Notes: a model not told the origin generated them from the letters alone. A DNA stretch of 32,000 nt from Bacteroidales bacterium (GCA_965230435.1 CBDDLB010000006.1:2591101-2623100), one strand, 5' to 3'. Shown: positions 12,735 through 21,859, counted from the first letter of the stretch. Numbers and translations are program-made.

Positions 12735-14825
12735 TTAAACATGAAGCGCATGAAAAGCCTTTGCTTTCTGAACAAAACTGATGGTTTGTTCGAGATACTG
12801 CTTTGCAAAGGCTTCGCTAGGCTCGTTTTCTCTTATCTGAAGTACCAGCTCGGAGAAGCTTTTGCCGACAGATAGTTTTTCTTCGTTGCCAAACTTCTTG
12901 TCGAAGCCTTCGATGATAGAAGCGCGGGAATTGGTTTTTTGGCCTTCTGCAACCAGCAGGGCTTTTGCTGTGTTTATCTGTACCCAATAGGCGTGTGCTA
13001 TTGCATCTGCCCAGCGTTGCTCGTCGATGGCTGTTTGTGAGTTGGCTAACTTCTCTTTTCCTTCGTTGAAAAGGACAGTTACTAGGTCGATGCTTACTTT
13101 TTTGCCTGCTTTTGGACGTTTTTCGTACTGCGCATCTTTGCCCCAGTCTATTAGATCTTCTTCTTTTACTGTTGTGAGGTCTGTAAGTGGCTCAAGGAAC
13201 GTTTTGAAAAACTCCAGCCCGAAGCGCTGATAGTATTGTATGAATGTTTCGTTGTCTTTCCGTTCGGCTAAGAAATGGTTGAGCAATTGACGGACAAGTT
13301 CAGGGCCGCGTTTGCTTGGTATTTTTACAACTTTTTCTGCTAAGTGGGCTTCGCCATCGCCAACACTGCCTCCTCCTAATACTACCTGAAATGCAGGTGC
13401 AAGACCGATTGGTGTTTTTACCCCTGCGCCATGAAAACCAATATGTGCCATGTTGTGCTGTGCGCAGGAGTTAGGGCAGCCGCTTATTTTTATGGTTACT
13501 CCTTTTTCCTGTAGCAGTTGTGGGTATTCTTTTTCCAGAATGTTTTCGAGCACTTTTGCAAGACCTGTACTTGCAGAGATTCCTAAGTTACAGGTATCTG
13601 TTCCGGGGCAAGATGTTAGGTCGATAATGCTGTGATAGCCCGGTTTAACGAAGCCAAGCTTTTTTAGTTCCTGATAGAAAAATGGAAGGCGTGCTTCTGG
13701 TATGTTACGGATCTGGAAGTTCTGACGGAGTGTAAAACGGATTTCGTCGGCTCCATAATCACGGATCAGCGCGGCCAATTGTCGTACTTCTTTGGAATAA
13801 ATATCTCCCAGATGAACGCGGACACCAATGGCAACCAAGCCTTCTTGACTTTGCTGAAAGATGTTTGTGTCTTTCCATAGTTGGTAGGCCTGCTGGTCTT
13901 CGATTTCTACAGCGGCAGGCTCTTGGTTGCTGATGTTAACTTTTGTGCCGTATTTCTCCAGATCGATTGGAAATGTTTTGTGTGGCAGCGCAAGCTTTTC
14001 TTCTTCGATATAAGCTAGGAACTGTTCTACCCCAATGGCTTCTACCAAGAACTTAATACGTGCTTTTGTTTTGCTGGCACGGAAGCCGTAGCGCTCGTAT
14101 ACACGCAGTACGCTTTCTGTAAAAGGTATCAGTTGGTCTTCTTCCAAGAATTCCTTGATCAGTTTTGCTTTAATGGCAGTTGTTCCAAGTCCTCCGCCAA
14201 AGTATACTTTGAAGCCGCGTTGTACTTTGCCATCTACTTCGCGTGTTTTGGCTATGAAACCGATGTCGTGCATGTAGACCTGCCCTGTGTCGTGCTCGTT
14301 GTTCGAGAACGCTATCTTGAATTTACGGCCTAGGTCGGAAGAAATAGGCAGGCGCAAAAAGTAGTCGTTTATGGCTTGGGCATATGGCGATACGTCGAAA
14401 TCTTCGTTTGGGTCGATACCTGCTGTTTCCGAAGCTGTAAGGTTACGCACGTTGTTTCCACAGCCTTCGCGGATGGTAAGGAAGTCTTTTTCTAACTCAG
14501 CCCACATTTCAGGAATGCGGTCGAGGCTAACGAAGTGTACCTGTACACACTGGCGTGTTGTAATGTGGATACGGCCTGTTGAGTATTCGTCTGTTACATC
14601 GGCAAGGCGCAATAGCTGTGCGCTGTTGATTTTTCCGTAAGGTACTTTTATGCGCACCATCGACTGGCCTGCTTGCCGCTGACCGTAGATTCCGCGTGCT
14701 TTTTTGATGGCAACGTACTGGTCGTCGTCTATTTTGCCTTCGTTATATTCTTGTATTTTTTGCCCAAGATAGATAATGTCCTGTTCTACTACTGGATCGT
14801 TGGTTTCTATTGCGAAGCTTCTCAT
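12735..14825 (-). CDS. sir: assimilatory sulfite reductase hemoprotein (nitrite/sulfite reductase 4Fe-4S/siroheme family)
   Basis: 696 aa. The cluster-binding motifs are TSCPGTDTCNLG and ISGCPNSCAQH. It sits between cysN and cobA. No cysJ-type flavoprotein is in the operon, so a ferredoxin-type enzyme is inferred. Confidence 0.85.
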   Translation of the reverse strand: MRSFAIETNDPVVEQDIIYLGQKIQEYNEGKIDDDQYVAIKKARGIYGQRQAGQSMVRIKVPYGKINSAQLLRLADVTDEYSTGRIHITTRQCVQVHFVSLDRIPEMWAELEKDFLTIREGCGNNVRNLTASETAGIDPNEDFDVSPYAQAINDYFLRLPISSDLGRKFKIAFSNNEHDTGQVYMHDIGFIAKTREVDGKVQRGFKVYFGGGLGTTAIKAKLIKEFLEEDQLIPFTESVLRVYERYGFRASKTKARIKFLVEAIGVEQFLAYIEEEKLALPHKTFPIDLEKYGTKVNISNQEPAAVEIEDQQAYQLWKDTNIFQQSQEGLVAIGVRVHLGDIYSKEVRQLAALIRDYGADEIRFTLRQNFQIRNIPEARLPFFYQELKKLGFVKPGYHSIIDLTSCPGTDTCNLGISASTGLAKVLENILEKEYPQLLQEKGVTIKISGCPNSCAQHNMAHIGFHGAGVKTPIGLAPAFQVVLGGGSVGDGEAHLAEKVVKIPSKRGPELVRQLLNHFLAERKDNETFIQYYQRFGLEFFKTFLEPLTDLTTVKEEDLIDWGKDAQYEKRPKAGKKVSIDLVTVLFNEGKEKLANSQTAIDEQRWADAIAHAYWVQINTAKALLVAEGQKTNSRASIIEGFDKKFGNEEKLSVGKSFSELVLQIRENEPSEAFAKQYLEQTISFVQKAKAFHALHV

Positions 14826-14914
14826 TGGTTTTCTTTTAGTGCATTAGTTGAATGACTGTTGTTTAATTGATTTCGATTATCAGATATATTTTCGAGAAAC
14901 GTTTGGTAACCTGG

Positions 14915-15010
14915 CTCCCCTCCTCATTGAGGCGGGGGCGGGGGTGGTGTTTATAATTATTGGTATTATTGAACCACCCCTAATCCCCTCCTTGGAAAAA
15001 GGAGGGGAAT
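14915..15010 (+). repeat. R3 GC-hairpin repeat element, copy 1
   Basis: The sequence is cccctcctcattgaggcgggg + gggggtggtg ... AT-rich spacer ... accacccc + cccctccttggaaaaaggagggg (14985-15007). The same parts occur inverted at 31890-32000. Confidence 0.6.
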
Positions 15011-15143
15011 TGAAAAGCTTTGCTTTTCTTGGAAACCTCTGTTTTCTCTTGATTACTACGTTGAATTATGATATTCGGCAGGCATGAAATCCTATGCCAC
15101 ATGTGACTTATTTTTAAAATTTTGATTACGAATGATTCATAAT

Positions 15144-16391
15144 TTAAACTATCAGCCCAACAGCCGATGTATTATGTGTATTAGGATCAATTAAAATGAA
15201 AGAACCATTTCCTCGTGATTCATCGAATTTGTCGGGGAAAATAGCCTGTCCAAGCCGTATGCTGACAGTTGCAATTTCGTTTAGCTTTACCTCTTGAGCC
15301 TGATCTGCTTCGCCCGAGAAATCTGGATGATGAACTGCCTCTATGCTCTGTATTTTTGCCTGTACTTTATTTATTCCGTGCTGAAGTTTATATCTGCTGC
15401 CAACAGTAAGTTTTTGAGCATCTGACCAGCAGATTTTAGCTTTTATCTCTTTTAGTTGTTGTGGGGCATCCTCTTTTTTCACAATCAGGTCGCCACGGCT
15501 GATGTTTACTTCGTCTTCCAGAGTAATGGTTGCTTGTTCGTCGGCTTTTAGCACCTCTACAGATTCAGTAAACTGATCTATGGACTTAATACGTGATATG
15601 CGCCCAGAGGGAAGTACTTGTACTTCGTCGCCAACGCGTAGTTCTCCGTTTTGCAACTGACCAGAGAAACCTCTGTAGTCGCGGAATTCTTCAATCTTTG
15701 GACGCACAACATATTGAACAGGGAAACGGGCAGAGTTGATTTCGCTGCTGTGGTCGATTTCTACACCTTCCAATATTTCTAACAGGCTTTGGCCTTCGTA
15801 CCATGGTGTTTGTGCAGAATGTTTTACAACATTGTCGCCCCAGAGTGCGCTGATGGGTACGAAGTGTAGTTTTTTTGCAGGGAAACCGCTTTTGTGAGCA
15901 AGGATCTCGAAATCGCTGACGATGTTGTTGTAAGTAGTTTCATCGAAGTTTACTAAGTCGATCTTGTTGATGGCAACAATTACGTTTTTGATGCCCAAAA
16001 GCTGGGTGATGTAGAAATGACGGTAGGTTTGTTCTACGATTCCTTTGCGGGCATCTATTAGGATAATGGAGAGCGATGAGGTAGATGCACCAGTTGCCAT
16101 ATTACGGGTATATTCCACGTGTCCCGGAGTGTCGGCAATTACGAAACTGCGTTTGCGGGTAGAGAAATATATGTGTGCTACGTCGATTGTGATTCCCTGT
16201 TCGCGCTCGGCTACAAGGCCGTCGGTTGCTAGCGAAAAGTCGAGGTAGTCGAAACCATTACGTTTGCTGATTTTTTCTATTGTCTCGATTTTGTCTCTTG
16301 TTAGCGATTCTGTATCGTAAAGTAGACGCCCGATTAAGGTGCTTTTTCCATCGTCTACACTGCCTGCTGTTGCCAATTTTAGTAAATCCAT
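15144..16391 (-). CDS. cysN: sulfate adenylyltransferase subunit 1 (GTPase)
   Basis: Motifs are GSVDDGKSTLIGRLL, EREQGITIDVA, DTPGH and NKID. At 415 aa it has no fused APS-kinase domain. Confidence 0.9.
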   Translation of the reverse strand: MDLLKLATAGSVDDGKSTLIGRLLYDTESLTRDKIETIEKISKRNGFDYLDFSLATDGLVAEREQGITIDVAHIYFSTRKRSFVIADTPGHVEYTRNMATGASTSSLSIILIDARKGIVEQTYRHFYITQLLGIKNVIVAINKIDLVNFDETTYNNIVSDFEILAHKSGFPAKKLHFVPISALWGDNVVKHSAQTPWYEGQSLLEILEGVEIDHSSEINSARFPVQYVVRPKIEEFRDYRGFSGQLQNGELRVGDEVQVLPSGRISRIKSIDQFTESVEVLKADEQATITLEDEVNISRGDLIVKKEDAPQQLKEIKAKICWSDAQKLTVGSRYKLQHGINKVQAKIQSIEAVHHPDFSGEADQAQEVKLNEIATVSIRLGQAIFPDKFDESRGNGSFILIDPNTHNTSAVGLIV

Positions 16392-16621
16392 GCTGCTTTG
16401 AATTTGATTGTACGATTCCCTGTCATCCTGTTCGTAAGGATGTTAAATGCTTGTTTTTTAGAATAAAATAAGATTGAAAAATTGGGTGGGGGGATCTTTT
16501 TTAAGGATCAAAACCCGATGTCGTATTGAATGTTCTTTTGCCTTTAGCACCTGGGCCGATTAGATGGTCAGCTTTGGAAAACCGAACCAATGACCGATGA
16601 CTAAAAAAACTAATGACCACT

Positions 16622-17515
16622 CTAGAAATAACCCATCTGTTTGCGTTTTTCCATCGCATTTTCAGATCGCTTATCGTCCATACGGGCTCCACGTTCGGAG
16701 ATGTCGGAGTCTATTAGTTCCTGAACAATTTGTTCGATACTATCGGCTGTCGACTCCACAGCAGCAGTACAGGTCATATCGCCAACGGTGCGGAAACGTA
16801 CCGTTCGGTTTTCTACAGTTTCGGTTTCGTCGATATTAATAAAGTCTGAATAAGGCCACACAAAGCCATCGCGGATAAAAGTTGGTCGCTGGTGCGAGAA
16901 ATATACCGATGGAATTTCAATACCCTCTTGTTGAATGTATGTCCACACGTCAAGTTCTGTCCAGTTCGAGATTGGGAATACGCGAACATTTTGCCCTTGT
17001 TCGATTTCTCCGTTTAGGATGTTGAAGAACTCTGGGCGTTGATTTTTTTCGTCCCACTGGCCAAAGTCGTCGCGTACGGAGAAGATGCGTTCTTTGGCAC
17101 GTGCTTTTTCCTCGTCGCGACGTGCTCCGCCCATGCAGGCATCGAACTTGAATTCTTCGATTGTATCTAGTAGAGTATTGGTCTGTAGTAAATTACGGCT
17201 GGCGTATTTTCCACTCTCTTCCTGTACACGTCCTTGATCAATGCTGTCCTGTACGTAGCGTACAATTAGTTCAACACCAAGTTCTTTCACCAACCTGTCG
17301 CGAAATTCTATTGTTTCGGGAAAATTGTGTCCTGTGTCGATGTGTACCAGTGGAAATGGAATTTTCCCAGGATAAAATGCTTTTTGTGCCAAGCGGACAA
17401 TCGCTATGGAATCTTTACCGCCAGAGAATAGCAACGCAGGTCTTTCGAACTGGGCGGCAACTTCCCGCAGGATGTAAATCGATTCGGTTTCTAGTGCTTT
17501 TATGTTTGTACTCAT
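16622..17515 (-). CDS. cysD: sulfate adenylyltransferase subunit 2
   Basis: It carries the PAPS-reductase-fold motif FSGGKDS, followed by HIDTGHNFPE, and lies beside cysN. Confidence 0.9.
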   Translation of the reverse strand: MSTNIKALETESIYILREVAAQFERPALLFSGGKDSIAIVRLAQKAFYPGKIPFPLVHIDTGHNFPETIEFRDRLVKELGVELIVRYVQDSIDQGRVQEESGKYASRNLLQTNTLLDTIEEFKFDACMGGARRDEEKARAKERIFSVRDDFGQWDEKNQRPEFFNILNGEIEQGQNVRVFPISNWTELDVWTYIQQEGIEIPSVYFSHQRPTFIRDGFVWPYSDFINIDETETVENRTVRFRTVGDMTCTAAVESTADSIEQIVQELIDSDISERGARMDDKRSENAMEKRKQMGYF

Positions 17516-17604
17516 TGTTTCCTCTTGATTTATTTGGTCTTCAGTAATTGGTCGTTAGCCATTAGCCGACCTTTCAATTATTCTGTGATTCGATTATTTA
17601 ATTA

Positions 17605-18306
17605 TTACTTCGCGTGTAGGCCACATTCTTTATGCGATTGTTCCCAAGGCCAACGTCCGGCTCTAATGTCCTGACCTTCTTCAATTGGAATAGTACATGG
17701 TGCACACCCGATACTTACATAACCTCTTTTGTGCAGACTGTTCTGAGGAACTTGGTTCGTTTCTAAAAAATCGTTGAGCTCCTGAAGCGACCAGCGCGTT
17801 AGCGGGTTGTACTTGATTATCTGAAAGCGTTCGTCCCATTCAAACAAGGATACTTCGCCTCTGGCATTCGATTGAGCCGACCTAAGTCCCGTAACCCAAA
17901 CTTTAGCTCCTTGTAATGCGCGTTTCAGCGGTTCAATTTTTCTGATATTACAGCATTCCTTGCGGTTTTCTACTGAAGTGTAGAAGCTGTTGGGGCCTTT
18001 TGTTTGTAGCAATTTCTCTACTTGTGCCGCATCTGGAAAAAAGACCTGAATCTTGTTTCCGTACTTTAGTACCGTTTTGTCGAACACATCGTAGGTTTCC
18101 TGAAAAAGCCGTCCTGTGTCCAGAGTGAATACACGTACTGGCAGGTTGCCGTCGAAAATAATGTGGCTAATGGCTTGGTCTTCTTGTCCGAATGAGGTGG
18201 AGAAAGCTACTCCATCGCCGAATTCTTTGGCAAGACCTATCAGTGTTTCTGCTATGCCTGCGTCGGCGAATGTTTGTTGTAGTCGTTGTGCTGTTTCTTT
18301 ACTCAT
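17605..18306 (-). CDS. cysH: adenylylsulfate/phosphoadenylylsulfate reductase (thioredoxin-dependent; Cys pattern suggests the Fe-S APS-reductase type)
   Basis: It has the C-terminal ECGLH motif plus the cysteine pairs KECCN and GCAPC. Confidence 0.85.
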   Translation of the reverse strand: MSKETAQRLQQTFADAGIAETLIGLAKEFGDGVAFSTSFGQEDQAISHIIFDGNLPVRVFTLDTGRLFQETYDVFDKTVLKYGNKIQVFFPDAAQVEKLLQTKGPNSFYTSVENRKECCNIRKIEPLKRALQGAKVWVTGLRSAQSNARGEVSLFEWDERFQIIKYNPLTRWSLQELNDFLETNQVPQNSLHKRGYVSIGCAPCTIPIEEGQDIRAGRWPWEQSHKECGLHAK

Positions 18307-18569
18307 TTTTTACCCCATTTAATTGAATTCCAAATCCTTTCGTGAAAAAAATACAAAATCATCTTGGTGACAATCTCAACCGAACCGATTGTAAAAGCTA
18401 GAACCAGTTCGCCAGTTAGTATCAAGGAGATTACGATTGTGTCGAGTGTCCCGACTGCCCGCCAGCTAATGGCCTTTGCCACGCTGCGCAGCGAATGCTC
18501 TCCTTCTTTTTCCTCTGCCACATCTTTTTGTGTGTCAAGCTTTTTCTCTAAAAGCGGTGCTATAAACAT
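18303..18569 (-). CDS. small membrane protein, DUF2061-like
   Basis: 88 aa containing AKAISWRAVGTLDT...FFHERIWN. It overlaps the cysH start by 4 nt and is the first gene of the operon. Confidence 0.7.
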   Translation of the reverse strand: MFIAPLLEKKLDTQKDVAEEKEGEHSLRSVAKAISWRAVGTLDTIVISLILTGELVLAFTIGSVEIVTKMILYFFHERIWNSIKWGKK

Positions 18570-18595
18570 CGGGCTGTTTTTTAGTTTTTGTGCAC

Positions 18596-18629
18596 AAAAA
18601 AAGCCCTTTCACATTACGCGAAAGGGCTT
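18596..18629 (-). terminator. intrinsic terminator inside the operon leader (attenuator)
   Basis: The minus strand reads aagccctttc-gcgtaatgt-gaaagggctt followed by ttttt, ending 27 nt upstream of the first start codon (18569). Confidence 0.65.
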
Positions 18630-18769
18630 CTGGCTTCTTAGGTTTATGTCAATACACTTACCGTCCCTTTCGCATATCTAAAGAGCAACACATACACATC
18701 ATTGTGCATAATGGCTGGCTGTTCGATATGTCAAGGCGGTTATTCATATTTTTCTTTTTCTAACTGTTG

Positions 18770-18800
18770 CAAACATAAGGAGCTTTTTTTAAAGCGCAAA
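18770..18800 (-). promoter_or_regulatory. Bacteroidota-type promoter of the sulfate-assimilation operon
   Basis: The minus strand reads TTTG (rc of 18797-18800), then 19 nt, then TATGTTTG (rc of 18770-18777). This fits the TTTG / TAnnTTTG consensus and spacing. Confidence 0.55.
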
Positions 18801-18967
18801 AAGAAATTAGAATATTTTTTTATCTTTTATTATTTTAATTTTGAAAGTTCTTGATTTTTAAGATATTGAGCGGTGTGGTTGTGAGGAGTATTGTAGTAAG
18901 AGTGATTTTAGGATTTCAAGTTCAGAAAAGGCTGGGGTGAAGATGACTAAAAACAAGTTGAGATAGT

Positions 18968-19498
18968 TTATGCTGAACCGAATCCTTTTGATGTGTTCAC
19001 GTCTCCGTTTTCTACATTTCGTAATTCTAACTCAGATGTTATTTGTTTCAACAAATCTATCGACCATTGTTTTGCAAACGTTGAGGCCATGAAAGTTTGA
19101 TCGTTTACTGCAAGCCTAAGAAAGTATCTGTTGGGTTCAGTACGATTTATGGCAAAACGTACTTTTGAATTGGGGACTTCAATACAAATTACTTTGGTTT
19201 CTATCTTTATTGTTTCTGATGAAAATGTAATCCGTTGTATGCCATACTTGCGAAGTTGGAACTGTTCCTGTAGGTAAGGGATGAGGATTATTGTTGTTGC
19301 GAGCAAAACCGCAATACTTGCTCCTAGTATGCCTCCTTTATTTATTAGTGCTGCTAATGCACCAGTTACTTGAATACCGACGGCGATAACAGCAACTGTA
19401 ACTATAGTTATGGATTTGGTGTTCCAGCCAGATTTTGTCGATTCTGTTGGTTTATGGTTAAAAATTACAACATCAGGCTTATCTTGTTGTTTGTTCAC
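18968..19498 (-). CDS. hypothetical membrane protein (two TM helices plus a soluble C-terminal domain)
   Basis: 176 aa with a hydrophobic pair ITIVTVAVIAVGIQVTGALAAL / ILGASIAVLLATTIILIPYL. No family was recognised. Confidence 0.6.
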   Translation of the reverse strand: MNKQQDKPDVVIFNHKPTESTKSGWNTKSITIVTVAVIAVGIQVTGALAALINKGGILGASIAVLLATTIILIPYLQEQFQLRKYGIQRITFSSETIKIETKVICIEVPNSKVRFAINRTEPNRYFLRLAVNDQTFMASTFAKQWSIDLLKQITSELELRNVENGDVNTSKGFGSA

Positions 19499-19555
19499 AT
19501 TTTATGTTTTGGGAAAGTTCAAAAAATAATTGTCAATTCAGCTACAAATACTTCG

Positions 19556-20674
19556 TTATAACTTGTATTGTCGTTCAATTTTCATTTCAGGTTCATTGCA
19601 AAACAAGTAAAGAAAAAATAGGAACAGCCACTCTAAAGGTTTCATAACAAAGTACGTAATGTTTGAACGTAGCGGAGTGTTGATATATTTGGACAAAGGG
19701 AAGCCATATTTATCATAAGCCGAGCGGATAATTTTGTGAAGTCCAGGTGTTGATTCCTGAATCATTTCTTCAAATGCATTGGCCACCATAAGCTGTCTGT
19801 TCACAATAATTTCTTGGCCGTGCCTATTTCCAATTCTTAGTGGCCTTACAATTTTTCTATCACCTCTAGCGGCTACAGTGCAGAGATAATGCCCTCGTGA
19901 GGGTAAATAATCGGGATGCGACATTTCTGAGAAACGCCAACATGTGGTTTCCGTAAATACTTTTACAATGCTGTTGGTTTCTTGGCCAAAAAGAACAAGA
20001 ATACAAGTAACAAGTAGAAAAACAGGGAATATTGATATCAGAACCCAAGTAGGGAGGTTGTAGGCTGTAGCAATTAAACTGTTCAAGCGATCTAAAAATA
20101 AATTTGAGTAGTTTCGCTGATTAGATACTTCGCCATGCATCCTTATTGTTTTAATGATCAATACCAATGCAAGAATTATGTTCAAAGCAGGGAAAAGAGC
20201 AAAGAAAAAAGCAAAAGCAGGGTCGAGGTTGTCGTAGGAAACAGGATTAGGATCATCGTAATGAGTAACCTGTAGAATAGATATGCTGCCAATTACAATT
20301 CCAATTGTTAGAAATGAAAGAGAAAGAACGAGTAATAGAGGAGGGAGCTTAGATCTTTTGAACCAAACCAATATAGCACTGATCCAGAAGAGGATGAGAA
20401 AAGTAATTAAGGTTGGAGAATGATCTATACTGAATGGACTGTACCCATTGAAATCGGGTACAATTGCTTCTGTGTGATGAGCACTATTTTCTGCACAGGC
20501 AAGAAGAAACAACGCACTGGCAAAGAAATATGCACAGAGAAAGGCAAATTCAGCAAGTACAATTTGCCAGCTTACGTATTTGAGTCTTTGTCTGATAAAT
20601 AGAAATGAGATGGCAATTACGCTGATAAAGAAAAGTGCTGGGAGTAGTTGGTATACATAAGCTGAGTCCATCAT
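19556..20674 (-). CDS. multi-pass membrane protein with a conserved soluble C-terminal domain (DUF6688-like; from memory)
   Basis: 372 aa with about 7 hydrophobic helices. The C-terminal block is GHYLCTVAARGDRKIVRPLRIGNRHGQEIIVNRQLMVANAFEE...YDKYGFP. Confidence 0.65.
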   Translation of the reverse strand: MMDSAYVYQLLPALFFISVIAISFLFIRQRLKYVSWQIVLAEFAFLCAYFFASALFLLACAENSAHHTEAIVPDFNGYSPFSIDHSPTLITFLILFWISAILVWFKRSKLPPLLLVLSLSFLTIGIVIGSISILQVTHYDDPNPVSYDNLDPAFAFFFALFPALNIILALVLIIKTIRMHGEVSNQRNYSNLFLDRLNSLIATAYNLPTWVLISIFPVFLLVTCILVLFGQETNSIVKVFTETTCWRFSEMSHPDYLPSRGHYLCTVAARGDRKIVRPLRIGNRHGQEIIVNRQLMVANAFEEMIQESTPGLHKIIRSAYDKYGFPLSKYINTPLRSNITYFVMKPLEWLFLFFLYLFCNEPEMKIERQYKL

Positions 20675-20677
20675 GTG

Positions 20678-21364
20678 TTAATCGCTTGATTCGTGAAACT
20701 GATGAATGTTGTGTTTGCAGGGCTTTGCTTCTTCTGGGGGCTCAAGCTCCTTTTCTGGTTCTTTTCTTAACCAACCTATCAAATTTACAGCTTCAACTTT
20801 CCATTTGGCATTAGCATTTAGAAGAGGGAAACGCTCTCTAGATGTCCCGAAAGGCCCTGGGTTCTGCTGAATGATTTCGACTTCAGTCCCGCTTACTGCC
20901 GAAACAATTGCAACATGGCCATAACGATTCCAAAGGCTAGGTTTGAATACCACAAGGTCGCTTACTGCTGGTTTGGTAGAACTTGGATTGGAAAATTGTA
21001 ACAATCCTCTTCTCTCATTTAGCTCTCCATCTTCTACTTCATAATCAAAGAAACTTTTTGCGTGCCCATAACTATCTGGCATTTTAAAGTTTAAGTGCTC
21101 ATAGTAATAGCGCTTAACAAATTCAACACATTGATATTTTAAACCCAAATTGTAGCCATCCGGAGCTAGGTTGCGCTCTTCAACATTCCCCACACCACCG
21201 TTATAAAATACAGTTACATGGTTCAGGCTGTCGACAGCTTGACCAACTTCAAAGCTAGGGTTAATGTTGCTTCTGGTAACAAATAAGTAAATACCAATGA
21301 TAAGGGCAATCAACAACGCAGTGCGGTAAGCAAATTTCAATCGTACTGTTCTGTAAAGTTCCAA
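20678..21364 (-). CDS. membrane-anchored CHAP-domain amidase/peptidase
   Basis: TTG start and an N-terminal TM helix (ALLIALIIGIYLFV). The CHAP catalytic signature is YQCVEFVKRYY ... RYGHVAIV ... QQN. Confidence 0.75.
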   Translation of the reverse strand: MELYRTVRLKFAYRTALLIALIIGIYLFVTRSNINPSFEVGQAVDSLNHVTVFYNGGVGNVEERNLAPDGYNLGLKYQCVEFVKRYYYEHLNFKMPDSYGHAKSFFDYEVEDGELNERRGLLQFSNPSSTKPAVSDLVVFKPSLWNRYGHVAIVSAVSGTEVEIIQQNPGPFGTSRERFPLLNANAKWKVEAVNLIGWLRKEPEKELEPPEEAKPCKHNIHQFHESSD

Positions 21365-21490
21365 AATGGTAGAATTAATTTCTTTACAAGTTCTAATGAT
21401 CTAAACAGCAAACAACACCCAATAGCAACTTAAATTACTGGGTGTTGGTTTGTTCTTTTTCCTATTACTGAATATAAATTCAGCAACCTA

Positions 21491-21859
21491 TTAAAGATAC
21501 TTGTCCAAAATCTTCTTTAATTCACGGATATGAATCGGCTTAGCAATATAATCATCACAACCCGCCTCAAGTACTTTTTTTCTGTCGTTGGCCAATGCAT
21601 AAGCCGTCTGTGCAACAATAGGCAAGTTAGGACGGAACGCTTTGATCTGCTTGGTGGCTTCGTAGCCACTAAGGATCGGCATCTTCATATCCATCAGTAC
21701 CAGACGGATTTCTCTGTTGTTCTGGCAATACTCAACAGCTTCGGCTCCATTTTTAGCGTGGAGCACCCTAAAATCTAGATTGGTAAGAAATTCCCTAAAA
21801 AACAAATAGTTAACCTCTTCGTCTTCTGCAATTAATATCGTGATTTGTTCGCTTTCCAT
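21491..21859 (-). CDS. stand-alone response-regulator receiver (CheY-like)
   Basis: 122 aa with ILIAEDEEVN, LVLMDMKMP and DDYIAKPI. Confidence 0.9.
   Translation of the reverse strand: MESEQITILIAEDEEVNYLFFREFLTNLDFRVLHAKNGAEAVEYCQNNREIRLVLMDMKMPILSGYEATKQIKAFRPNLPIVAQTAYALANDRKKVLEAGCDDYIAKPIHIRELKKILDKYL

Noticed and set aside
16392-16621. A possible small gene or structured element in the 230-nt cysD-cysN spacer (ORF 16501-16692, repeated ggtcatt words, hairpin catcct-tacgaac-aggatg).
   Set aside because: The ORF overlaps the cysD 3' end and has no support. The repeats and hairpins are short (5-6 bp) and could be chance. The spacer length is mentioned under the operon finding only.
18570-18765. 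A SAM-I riboswitch in the sulfur-operon leader.
   Set aside because: Only a partial resemblance (cucuuuag...aagggac) was found. I could not locate the P1 closing strand or the GCAACC/kink-turn elements. It is kept only as an unclassified attenuator candidate.
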